A stretch of 64,000 bases of DNA from Mobula hypostoma. Its lineage: Eukaryota. Below, piece by piece: positions 1-12,209 of the stretch (the stretch's first letter is position 1; each line of letters starts with the position of its first letter). The DNA is taken from NCBI RefSeq assembly GCF_963921235.1, contig NC_086097.1, positions 113,400,001-113,464,000 of the forward strand. Direction: 5' to 3'. The notes beneath the pieces are model-generated. The model had not been told where the DNA came from, searched no databases, and saw nothing but the letters and a program-made list of their open reading frames with translations. Made by a program: the position numbers and the translations under genes.

Positions 1-376
1 ACCATTTAAATGAAAGTTGAGTAATATGATCAATTAAGGGAAAAAATTAGTCTTAAATAGATGTTTGTGTTTACAAGTAATTTTAATCCCAAGATATGAA
101 AAATAATTATTAATCAATTTAAACGGAAGGTTATGATACAAGGGAAGTTGCTTATTAATCCGGAAAAGTTCACTCTTACTGAGATTTAACTTGTAACCGG
201 AAAAGAAACTAAATTGTGCTAATAAATCTAAAGCAGCAGGGATAGATTTTTGAGGATTAGAAATATATAAAAGTAAGTCATCAGCATAAAGTGATACTTT
301 ATGAGACTTTAAGCCCCAAGTTATCCCAATAATATTTGGAGATTCTCGAATAGCAATTGCAAGAGATTCTAATGCA

Positions 377-1751
377 CCTCTTGCAATTGCTATTCGAGAA
401 TCTTCAAATATTACTGGGATAACTCGGGGATTAAAGTCCCATAAATTATCACTCTATGCTGATGATTTACTTTTATATATTTCTAATCCTGAGAGATCCA
501 TTCCTGCTGTTTTAGAGTTATTAGCACAATTTGGTCTTTTCTCAGGTTATAAATTAAATCTTAGTAAGTGTGAACTTTTTCCGATTAATAAACATCTTCC
601 CTTATATTATAAATTTCCATTTAAATTGATTAATAATTACTTTTCATATCTTGGGATTAAAATTACTTGTAAACATAAAGATTTATTTAAGACTAACTTT
701 TTACCATTAATAGACCATATTACTCAACTTTCATCTAAATGGTTTCCCTTATATTTAACTTTGATTGGTCGTATTAATGCAGTTAAGATGTTTTTTTTGC
801 CAAAATTTTTATATGTGTTTCAGGCATTACCAATTTTCGTTCCTAAATCTTTTTTTGATAAAGTTGACTCTAAAATTTCTTCATTTATTTGGCAGAATAA
901 GAATCCGAGACTGGGTAAAATACATTTACAGAAAGCTAAGAGAGATGGAGGTTTAGCATTACCTAACTTTAGATTTTATTATTGGGCTATTAATATTCGA
1001 CATATGAAATTTTGGTTACTTGACCGGGACATACTATCTATTCCTAAATGGGTAGCATTGGAATTACAATCTGTTCAGGGTTATACACTTGGTTCTATTT
1101 TAGGTTCCTCTCTTCCTTTTGATTCGAAACGCCTTAAGCAGGTCTCTAACCCGATAGTTAAATATGCTTTGCGCATTTGGTTTCAATTCAGAAAATTTTT
1201 TGATCTTAATCAATTCGGGTTAGCGATTCCTATTTTAGGTAACATATTTTTTCCTCCCTCTTTTACGGATCGCGCTTTTCAAACTTGGAAGACTAAGGGT
1301 ATTTTACAAGTAACCTTTATGATTCTTCATTTAAATTTGAACAGATTTGGGGACCTTTTATTCGATATTTTCATTTAATGTAATATTTACCCTTCTTGTT
1401 TTTTCTTCACTGTTTTAATGGAGGTCGGGATTGAGGACGTGATTTTAAGTTTAACTCTGTTTGGTTTCAAGTTAGCCCATTGCTTTGCTTTGCTTTTAGT
1501 TAGTTGCACGGTGGGTTTTTTTTTGGGTTTTTTTTTTTTCTTTTTTTTCCATTGATATATATAAAATCTAGTATACTATTATGTTATCTTGGTTTCTTAT
1601 GCTTAAATTACATTGTTTGTAGTATTTTCTTTTTGGTATTGTTATCTTTTGGAATTTTATTATACTTTAACATTGTATTAATGTTTATATGGCTTACCTT
1701 TTTTGTATACTTACTCAATAAAAAGATTTAAAAAGAAAAAGAAAGAAAGAA
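377..1751 (+). mobile_element. 5'-truncated L1 copy inserted into the antisense L1, 13-bp TSD
   Basis: RT C-terminal motifs LYADDLL, YLGI, GRINAVKM, GGLALPN. T-rich 3' UTR, AATAAA and an A/GAAA tail. TSD AGATTCTAATGCA at 364-376 and 1752-1764. Confidence 0.92.
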
Positions 1752-4111
1752 AGATTCTAATGCAATGTCAAATAATAAAGGACTAAGAGGACAACCTTGT
1801 CTAGTACCTCGAGAAAGAGGGGAAAAGGGTGAACTTAAAGAGTTAGTACGAACTGAGGCCATAGGAGAATGATATAACAATTTAATCCAGGATATAAATT
1901 TCGAGCTAAAATTAAACATTTCAAGCACCTTAAATAAGTAAGGCCATTCTACTCTGTCAAAGGCTTTTTCAGCATCTAAAGAAATAACTCACTCAGGAAC
2001 ATTTTGTGAAGGAGTATAAACAATATTTAAGAGTGTACGAATGTTATAGAAAGAGTAACGACCTTCAATAAAACCCGTTTCGTCTTCCGAGATAATACAA
2101 GGAAGTGCTTTTTCTAATCTGTTTGCTAATAATTTAGAAAAAATTTTAGGATCAACATTTAATAAAGATATTGGTCTATAAGATGCACATTGAGCAGGAT
2201 CTTTATCCTTCTTTAATATTAGAGAAATTGACACTCTATAGAAGGATTCGGGAAGTTTACCAAGTTTTAATGAAGCCTCCAGAACCCTAAAAAACCAAGG
2301 GATTAATGAAGGTGCAAAAAATTTATAAAATTCTGCAGTAAACTCATCAGGGCCAGGAGCTTTCCCCAGGTTCATAGAAAAAATAACATTCTTAATCTCA
2401 TCAGTGGTAATGGGAGTATCTAGCATAGAGGATATATCCTGTGAAATCTTAGGGAAATCTAGGTTATCTAAAAAGTCATTCATATATTTAGAGTCTCGTA
2501 AAGACTCATTGAGATAAGGAGGAATAAAAATCAAAAAAGGCTTGATTAATCTCAGCATGATCAAGTATCAGTTGATCATTTTGATTATAAATCTGATTAA
2601 TTTGAAAATTAGTATAATTAGTCTTCAACTGATTAGCCAACAGTTACCAACTTTGTCACTATGTACATAAAATTCACTTCTTGTTTTCTTTAATTGATTT
2701 ACAATCGAGGACGAAAGTAATAAACTGTGTTCCATTTGAAGTTCAGTTCTTTGTTTATACAACTCCTCAGAGGGAGCTGTAACATATTTCTTATCAATTT
2801 CCTTAATCTTGTCCACAATTACCAGCTCCTCCTGCATCAGCTTCTTCCTCAAAGCAGCAGAATATGAGATAATCTGACCACGAGTCATATTATAAGTATC
2901 CCAAAGGATGTTCATAGAAATATTTTCTGTATAGTTGATTGTAAAAAAAAAGATCAATCTGTTCATTCATAAAGTTAACAAAATCCAAGTCCTGAAGCAA
3001 CAACGAATTAAAACGCCATTGTCTATTATTTTGTGTATTGGCCTGAATTTTAATAGAAAGCTTAAGTGGAGCATGATCCGAAATGGTTATAGAGTCATAA
3101 TCACATTTAACCACTGAAGAAATAAGACGAGAGTCAATAAAAAAATAATCAATTCTTGAATAGGAATGGTGAATGTGAAAAAAAAGAAAAATCTTTTTCC
3201 TGAAGATGCAAAAAACGCCAAATGACCGTCAACCCAGAATCAAAGAGGAATGAGTTAATCAAAGTTGCAGATTTATTGGGTAAGGTCCGTAAAGGAGCCG
3301 AACGGTCCAAAACTGGAGATAAACAAGTATTAAGATATCCGCCCCAGATCAATGAAAACTCATTCAAATTCAGGAACAGATTAAATAGTGATTTATAAAA
3401 TTCCAGACAGTCCATATTGGGAGCATAAATGTTAACCAAAACTACCTTTTTATTAAAGAGTAGACCACTAACCAATAGAAATCTACCATTCGGATCATGA
3501 ATAATATTATGTTGTACAAAAGTAACTGAGGGGCCTATAAAAATAGAGAGACCTCGAATCTTAGTGTTAGAGTTTGAATGGAACTGTTTACCCTTCCAAA
3601 ATTTAAAAAAACGTAGTCTGTCCCCCCTTCGCACATGGGTCTCTTGTAAAAATAGAACATGTGCTTTAAGTCTCCGGAATACTTTAAAACTTTTTTCCTT
3701 TTAATTGGATGATTAAGACCGTTAGTATTTCAAGAGACAAAATTAATAATAGACTCCATAAACCCTAAAGTCAACCCGCAAAAAAAAGGATTGACAATAG
3801 GTTCGACCCACGAACCCGGAAAGGGAACAGAACAAACAAGAGATAATGGGAAGGAGAACACAACCAATGCTTCAGTAATGTAAATAGCCCAAGAAGAAAA
3901 AAAAACTAAAAAGTGAAGCCCCTCCCACCACCCCCCACCCCATGACCCCAAAGCTAAATCTAAAGCAGAACAGCCAGAAAGAAGCAAGCACTAAGACTAC
4001 CCCTATGACTTCCGATAGACGCTCACTAAAAAAAAGTGTAAGTATAAAAAAGATCAGCTAGAGTTATAAAGCAGTAAAGGAATAAAAAAAAGTAGACCAA
4101 TTAAGACAAAC

Positions 4112-7100
4112 ACAAAGGAGAAAAGTAAAAGTGGCAGGCCGACAAATCCAGGGCAAGCATTAAAAAGGGCCACTTTTCAACATAATTGTACAAGGGCTAA
4201 GAGAGTTGTGAAAGAGCACCTGAAGGCTTTATGTGTCAATGCAAGGAGCATTCGTAATAAGGTGGATGAATTGAAAGTGCAGATTGTTATTAATGATTAT
4301 GATATAGTTGGGATCACAGAGACATGGCTCCAGGGTGACCAGGGATGGGAGCTCAACGTTCAGGGATATTCAATATTCAGGAGGGATAGACATGAAGGAA
4401 GGGGAGGTAGGGTGGCGTTGCTGGTTAAAGAAGAGATTAACGCAATAGAAAGGAAGGACATAAGCCGGGAAGATGTGGAATCGATATGGGTAGAGCTGCG
4501 TAACACTAAGGGGCAGAAGACGCTGGTGGGAGTTGTGTACAGGCCACCTAACAGTAGTAGTGAGGTCGGAAATGGTATTAAACAGGAAATTAGAAATGTG
4601 TGCAATAAAGGAACAGCAGTTATAATGGGTGACTTCAATCTACATGTAGACTGGGTGAACCAAATTGGTAAAGGTGCTGAGGAAGAGGATTTCTTGGAAT
4701 GTATGCGGGATGGTTTTTTGAACCAACATGTCGAGGAACCAACTAGAGAGCAGGCTATTCTGGACTGGGTTTTGAGCAATGAGGAAGGGTTAATTAGCGA
4801 TCTTGTCGTGAGAGGCCCCTTGGGTAAGAGTGACCATAATATGGTGGAATTCTTCATTAATATGGAGAGTGAGATAGTTCATTCAGAAACAAAGGTTCTG
4901 AACTTAAAGAGGGGTAACTTTGAAGGTATGAGACGTGAATTAGCTAAGACAGACTGGCAAATGACACTTAAAGGATTGACGGTGGATATGCAATGGCAAG
5001 CATTTAAAGGTTGCATGGATGAACTACAACAATTGTTCATCCCAGTTTGGCAAAAGAATAAATCAAGGAAGGTAGTGCATCCGTGGCTGACAAGAGAAAT
5101 TAGGGATAGTATCAATTCCAAAGAAGTAGCATGCAAATTAGCCAGAGAAAGTGGCTCACCTGAGGACTGGGAGAAATTCAGAGTTCAGCAGAGGAGGACA
5201 AAGGGCTTAATTAGGAAAGGGAAAAAAGATTATGAGAGAAAACTGGCGGGGAACATAAAAACGGACTGTAAAAGCTTTTATAGATATGTAAAAAGGAAAA
5301 GACTGGTAAAGACAAATGTAGGTCCCCTGCAGACAGAAACAGGTGAAATTGATTATGGGGAGCAAGGACATGGCAGACCAATTGAATAATTACTTTGGTT
5401 CTGTCTTCACTAAGGAGGACATAAATAATCTTCCAGAAATAGTAAGGGACAGAGGGTCCAGTGAGATGGAGGAACTGAGTGAAATACATGTTAGTAGGGA
5501 AGTGGTGTTAGGTAAATTGAAGGGATTGAAGGCAGATAAATCCCCAGGGCCAGATGGTCTGCATCCCAGAGTGCTTAAGGAAGTAGCCCAAGAAATAGTG
5601 GATGCATTAGTGATAATTTTTCAAAACTCGTTAGATTCTGGACTAGTTCCTGAGGATTGGAGGGTGGCTAATGTAACCCCACTTTTTAAAAAAGGAGGGA
5701 GAGAAAAACCGGGGAATTATAGACCGGTTAGCCTAACATCGGTGGTGGGGAAACTGCTGGAGTCAGTTATCAAGGATGTGATAACAGCATATTTGGAAAG
5801 CGGTGAAATGATCGGACAAAGTCAGCATGGATTTGTGAAAGGAAAATCATGTCTGACGAATCTCATAGAATTTTTTGAGGATGTAACTAGTAGAGTGGAT
5901 AGGGGAGAACCAGTGGATGTGGTATATTTGGATTTTCAAAAGGCTTTTGACAAGATCCCACACAGGAGATTAGTGTGCAAACTTAAAGCACACGGTATTG
6001 GGGGTAAGGTATTGGTGTGGGTGGAGAATTGGTTAGCAGACAGGAAGCAAAGAGTGGGAATAAACGGGACCTTTTCAGAATGGCAGGCGGTGACTAGTGG
6101 GGTACCGCAAGGCTCAGTGCTGGGACCCCAGTTGTTTACAATATATATTAATGACTTGGATGAGGGAATTAAATGCAGCATCTCCAAGTTTGCGGATGAC
6201 ACGAAGCTGGGTGGCAGTGTTAGCAGTGAGGAGGATGCTAAGAGGATGCAGGGTGACTTGGATAGGTTGGGTGAGTGGGCAAACTCATGGCAGATGCAAT
6301 TTAATGTGGATAAATGTGAAGTTATCCACTTTGGTGGCAAAAATAGGAAAACAGATTATTATCTGAATGGTGGCTGATTAGGAAAAGGGGAGGTGCAACG
6401 AGACCTGGGTGTCATTATACACCAGTCATTGAAAGTGGGCATGCAGGTACAGCAGGCTGTGAAAAAGGTGAATGGTATGCTGGCATTTATAGCGAGAGGA
6501 TTCGAGTACAGGAGCAGGGAGGTACTACTGCAGTTGTACAAGGCCTTGGTGAGACCACACCTGGAGTATTGTGTGCAGTTTTGGTCCCCTAACCTGAGGA
6601 AAGACATCTTTGCCATAGAGGGAGTACAAAGAAGGTTCACCAGATTGATTCCTGGGATGGCAGTACTTTCATATGAAGAAAGACTGGATGAACTGGGCTT
6701 GTAGTCATTGGAATTTAGAAGATTGAGGGGGGATCTGATTGAAACGTATAAGATCCTAAAGGGATTGGACAGGCTAGATGCAGGAAGATTGTTCCCGATG
6801 TTGGGGAAGTCCAGAACGAGGGGTCACAGTTTGAGGATAGAGGGGAAGCCTTTTAGGACCGAGATTAGGAAAAACTTCTTCACACAGAGAGTGGTGAATC
6901 TGTGGAATTCTCTGCCACAGGAAACTGTTGAGGCCAGTTCATTGGCTATGTTTAAGAGGGAGTTAGATATGGCCCTTGTGGCTACAGGGGTCAGGGGGTA
7001 TGGAGGGAAGGCTGGGGCGGGGTTCTGAGTTGGATGATCAGCCATGATCATAATAAATGGCGGTGCAGGCTCGAAGGGCCGAATGGCCTACTCCTGCACC

Positions 7101-7126
7101 TATTTTCTATGTTTCTATGTTTCTAT
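4112..7126 (+). mobile_element. Young CR1 LINE, 5'-truncated, ORF2 disrupted, inserted in the L1 inter-ORF region
   Basis: APE and RT motifs (ITETW, YRPP, GVPQGSVLGP, FADD). Frameshift near 5343, stops at 6375 and 6702. 3' stem-loop GGTGCAGG...CCTGCACC and (TTTCTATG)n tail. Confidence 0.96.
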
Positions 7127-8487
7127 ATAATACAAAGAAAAAGCCAGTAAATATAAAGAAAACCGTAACGAACAACAGACCCTATGATTAAACAAAAAAA
7201 AGAAACGAGATAATTAACATAGACTAGTTAGGAAAAACTACAAAAAGTATATTTGAAAACTACAAAATTTAAGGCCTCAAAGGAAATAAGTGAAATGATG
7301 CTGAGGGAATAACCATCCAGAATCCCCAGGGAAAAAAAAAGGAATGACGCAGTTGAAAAAAAGTTTGGCAATCATATTAATTAACCAAAAATAAACTTTT
7401 CTGCCCATATAAAGCAAAAAAAAACCCAACAGATTAACAGCCTCCGGTCAAACGGAGATAATTAAAAATTAAGATTAAGATGTTGAAGGTGAAAATTGAT
7501 CCAGGTAACCCTGGGTATCCGATGGAGAAACAAAAAAATGGGGAGCCACATCAAGCGTGTGAATCCTTAAACGCTCTGGGTAAAGCAGCACTGGTTTTAA
7601 ATCCATCTTGTAGAGTTCCGACATCACAGATCTGTAATGAACCCGTTGATCCCGAATCTGTTTACTGAAGTCTTCCACGAATCGGAAATGAAGATCCAAA
7701 AAATCAATGTAACCTTTAGATCGAGCGAATCGAAGCAATTTCTCCTTGTCTTGAAAGTAATGAAATCGTAAAATGACATGCCGAGGTTTATCTGACTTAA
7801 GACGAATATGATGGAACTCTGTGAGCCCGGTCCAATAATGGTGGTTGGTCAGGAAATACGGTGGGAAATGCATCTTTTAAAAGTTGAGAAAAAAACTTTA
7901 TAGGGTTGTCAGATTCAGCAGCTTCACGAACACTAATAATTCGAATATTCTGCCGTCGCATTCTGGATTCTAAGTCAGAGTTTTTAAAAGTCAGAAAGTC
8001 AAGTTTTTTCTTCATTACAGTAATTGTTTCTTCAATTTTCCCCATCTTGAGTTCATTTTGTTGCGTGGATTTTTGAAGATTAAATATAGCAGACTGATGT
8101 TCCGTGATAGATGTTTGCATTTTATCGATTGCATCTGCAATTTTCTGGAAATTAATTGAAATTTCCGCACGAATCAGCTCCGTTATAGAGGTTGAAATTT
8201 CCGTTTGAATTAGATCCGATATAGCTTTCAGAGTTAACGGTGGTTCAGTCGGAGGACAATCGGTACCTTTCGGTCTAACCGGAGGTTTGCTGTCTTTCCC
8301 ATTTTCCCCGTTCTTAGACATAGCAGACCGTAAAAGCATCCAAATATCAAAAAATTTGTTTCAAAGTATTATAAAAGTCGATGCCTTAATGGTTAGCTTA
8401 AATATAGCTGATCATAGGAAAAAAACTCAGAGGTAATGGAGCGAGTCAAAAACACGACTTCACTCCATGAGCTCTCCCGGAAGTCTC

Positions 8488-8892
8488 GGGCTACTTCCTT
8501 AAGCACTCTGAGATGCAGACCATCTGGCCCTGGGGATTTATCTGCCTTTAATCCCTTCAATTTACCTAATACCACTTCTCTACTAACATGTATTTCACTC
8601 GGTTCCTCCTTCTCACTAGACCCTCTGTCCTCTACTATTTTCGGAAGATTATTTATGTCCTCCTTAGTGAAGACAGAACCAAAGTAGTTATTCAATTGGT
8701 CTGCCATGTCCTTGTTCCCCATAATCAATTCACCTGTTTCTGTCTGTAAGGGACCTATATTTGTCTTAACCAATCTTTTTCTTTTCACATATCTATAAAA
8801 GCTTTTACAGTCAGTTTTTATGTTCCCTGCCAGTTTTCTCTCATAATCTCTTTTCCCTTTCCTAATTAAGCCCTTTGTCCTCCTCTGCTGGA
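8488..8892 (-). mobile_element. CR1 ORF2 fragment (the 5' part of a copy split by the L1)
   Basis: QQRRTKGLIRKGK...KSPGPDGLH matches the other CR1 copies. It abuts the L1 5' end at 8487/8488. Confidence 0.9.
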
Positions 8893-9120
8893 ACAGCTTC
8901 TTCCCTCTGCCATCCAATTTCTAAATGGACATTGAACCCATGAACATGACCTCACTTTTTTTTTTGTTCATGCACCATTTTAAATTTAACCATTTAATAT
9001 ACATACATACACCTACCATTATTTATTTATTCTATATTTATCACGTATTGCATTGTACTGCTGCTAAGTTAACGAATTTCAAGACATACGCCAGTGATAT
9101 TAAATTTGATTCCGATTTTG
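8893..9120 (+). mobile_element. Rex1/Babar-like LINE 3' tail
   Basis: Begins aacagcttcttccc...gccatc, as do similar tails near 35920 and 41260, and ends in a gattccgatt-type tail. Family recognised from memory only. Confidence 0.5.
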
Positions 9121-9250
9121 ATATCCTGCATTTTTGCCATTGATCCCACAATCTGTTTCAAATTATTTTGGCTCTGAGAATGCATGTATACATGGAGAAA
9201 TTAGGTAATAGGTGGGTTGAGATGAGATAGGAGATTTGTACGCAATATAT

Positions 9251-9776
9251 GCACGCTGGCCACTTTATTAGGCACAACTGCTCGTTGATGCAAATATCTA
9301 GTCAGCCAATCATGTGGCAGCAACTCAATGCATAAAAAAATGCAGATATGGTCAAGAGGTTCAGGTATTGGTCAGACCAAACATCAGAATGGGGAAGAAA
9401 TGTGACTTTGACCATTGGTACCAGATAGGTTCGTTTGAGTATCTCAGAAACTTGCTGATCTCCTGGCTTTTTCCACACAGAACAGTCGCTAACCTTTACA
9501 AAGAATGGTGGGTGTGAAAAAAAAATCTACTAAGTGCAATTTTGTGAGCAAAAATGTCTTGTTGATGAGATTGATGAGAGAGGTCAGTGGAGAATAGCCA
9601 GACTAGTTCAAGCTGTGGGGAAGACAATAGTAATTCAAATAACCACATGTTAAAAAGGCAGTGCGCAGAAGAGCATCTCTGAATGTACAACACATCGAAC
9701 CTTGAAGTGGATGGGCTACAGTGGCAGAAGACAACACTGGGTTCCACTCTTGTACCTAATAAAGTGGCCACAGTAA
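9251..9776. mobile_element. Non-autonomous Tc1-like element (MITE)
   Basis: Terminal inverted repeats TGGCCACTTTATTAGG (9257-9272) and CCTAATAAAGTGGCCA (9755-9770). Confidence 0.8.
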
Positions 9777-12209
9777 ATACCAGCAAAAGCACAACTGAAA
9801 TGTAACAGCAAATTGAGTAAAATATTTTCACAAACTGACTATTAGCTCCATGTTATATATTTCAAACTCAACAAAGCAGAACTCTTGCACAGTAAGTTAC
9901 TGGAGCTACTCAAACATAACAAAGTTTTAGGTCACTGTCAAATATTTCTTTAGATTTTTTGTGGTTACTTAAATTAGAATTGCAGCTGATTTATTTTAGT
10001 AGTTATTTTAGTAAAATAAGACATAATTGACAATTTTGGGTTATAATGTAGGAATTGTCACATCAACTAATTAATTTGTACTTTGGCAGACATGAAAAGA
10101 CAGTGCAGAAATTGAGTTATTTATGGGACTGGTAAAAATAAAGGTGAAGATTCTAATAGTCTAGCAGCATTAGATGAGAGACAACAATTAGTCTGATTTT
10201 GGAGGACAAGAGTATCAACGATCTGAGGAGGGCTGAGATGCGGACAGTATTTCTCACCACACCAACAAGATCAGATACTTTACAGTATGACACACAACAA
10301 GGTAAAGACTGAATAGTTGAGGGAAAAAATATAGATGTAACATGGAAATAATCGAACACTAAAATGAAAACTATTGGACTAGTAAGTGAAAAGAATATAA
10401 GGCTATCTACATTAAGTCTACACAATCAGAACAAATCCTTCTTCCTGTCAAAGTTAAGCAGGATTTGTCTCCCCCTACTGTAACACATCTCAATAACATT
10501 GACCAAGACCTTTAATAGTTATCAGTACAAATTTTGTTTTTAGGAGGGGATGGAAATGCTGCAACATGTATTGGAACAGTAGACCTTTGGTTTGTCTCCA
10601 GTCTGAAAAACTGATACACTATAGCATACATGCAAGATATAACTTACAAAGATATTGCACTGGATCATGTAAAATGGATTTTGCCTACAATGTCCTGGTC
10701 ACGGCAGAGCATGGAGCGGGAAGAGGAAGAAAAGAGATTGGATGAACTGTGAAATACAGCAAGATGATAAGAACACATGAGAACACAGTGCCTTGTAAAA
10801 GTATTCAGCCCCCATCCCTTTGTTCAAATAAATGAGTATTACAACCCGGCATTTTGATCAATTTAACTGAGAATTTTTATTTATGAATCGCATGCTCCTT
10901 TCTTCACAGTACAGCTCAAACTACAGGGAAAACTGTAAAGCATGAAAAATTAAAAATTAAAAGAACTGAAAAATGTCAATAATTCAAAAGTATTCATCCC
11001 CCTTTGCTCAGTACTTAGTTGAGCCTCCTCTTGCATCTATTACAACCAGTAGTCTTTCTGGATATGTCTCTATTAGCTTTGCACAATGTGATGGAGCAAG
11101 ATTTGCTCATTCCTCCTTACAAAATTGCTCAAGCTGTGCCAAGTTAATCGGGGAATGGCAGCGGACAGCAATCTTGAGGTCTTGCCAGAGATGTTTGATC
11201 GAGTTAAGGTCAGGACTCTGGGCCACTCAAGGACATCAATTTCCTTCATTTGAATCTACTTCATGGTTGTTCTGGCAGTGTATTTTGAGTAGTTGTCCTG
11301 CTGAATGATTAACTTCCTTCCCAGTTTAAGCTTTCTGGCAGAGGCTAGCACATTTTTATCCAGGATCTCTCTGCATTTAGCAGCATTCATCTTCCCATCA
11401 ATCTTTTCTAGATTTCCAGTCCTTGCTGCTGAAAAGCATCGCTGTAGCATGATGGTAGCTCCACCATATTTTATAGTAGGGATGGCATTAGCTGGCCAAT
11501 GCGCAGTATTAGATTTATGCCACATATACTGCTTAGTGTTGAGGCCAAGAAGTTCCACTTTAGTCTCACCTGACTGCAAGACTTTTTTCCACATCTTTAC
11601 AATATCTTCTAAGTGACACTTTGCAAGTTCTTTATAGGCAAGGATATATTTTTAATTAGCCAGGGCTTCTACCTTGCCACTCTTCCATGAATATCCCTTA
11701 TATGCAAGGCCATAAAGGACTGTGAAGCTATGATCTTCATCTCCAGTTGCAGTCACTGACTTCTGCAACTCACTCAGAATGACCAGGTGTCACAGTACAC
11801 TTTCTTACTAGTCCATTCTTCCCTGGTGACTAAGTTTAGAGGAGTGGCCTGACTTAGGCAGTATGGCCGTGGTTTCATACTTTGTCCACTTTTTCACAAT
11901 GGACTCCACTGTGAGCTCCAAGGTATGTTTAGTACCTTTGAGATGGCCTTGTACCCTTCCCCAGATTTATGCTTCTCTATTATCATTTCCCTGACTTTCC
12001 TTGAATGCCCTTTTGTCTTCATTTTGGTTTGGTCTGTTGAAAATCTACTAGACTGTTGGACCTTACATAGAGGGGGTATTTATTCTTATGAATTCACTGA
12101 AAACAGTTGATCCTCCCAATTCTCTACATCAACAAATTAGATGACTTGGTCAAGTAATATACAGTATTTCACCTGAGGAAAGTTAGCGTTGCGATTACAA
12201 AAGCAATGT

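Larger units (their letters stand above)
1..8487 (-). mobile_element. L1-clade LINE with intact 5' end, decayed ORFs and two nested insertions; 3' end lies left of the window
   Basis: 5' end GAGACTTCCGG at 8487. ORF1 remnant 7475-8321 (coiled coil then DLESRMRRQNIRI, one frameshift). ORF2 remnant from ATG 3759 has APE motifs (LQETH, NIYAPN, SDHAP) and RT motifs ([32 protein letters not shown] near 280), with stops and frameshifts. Confidence 0.92.
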
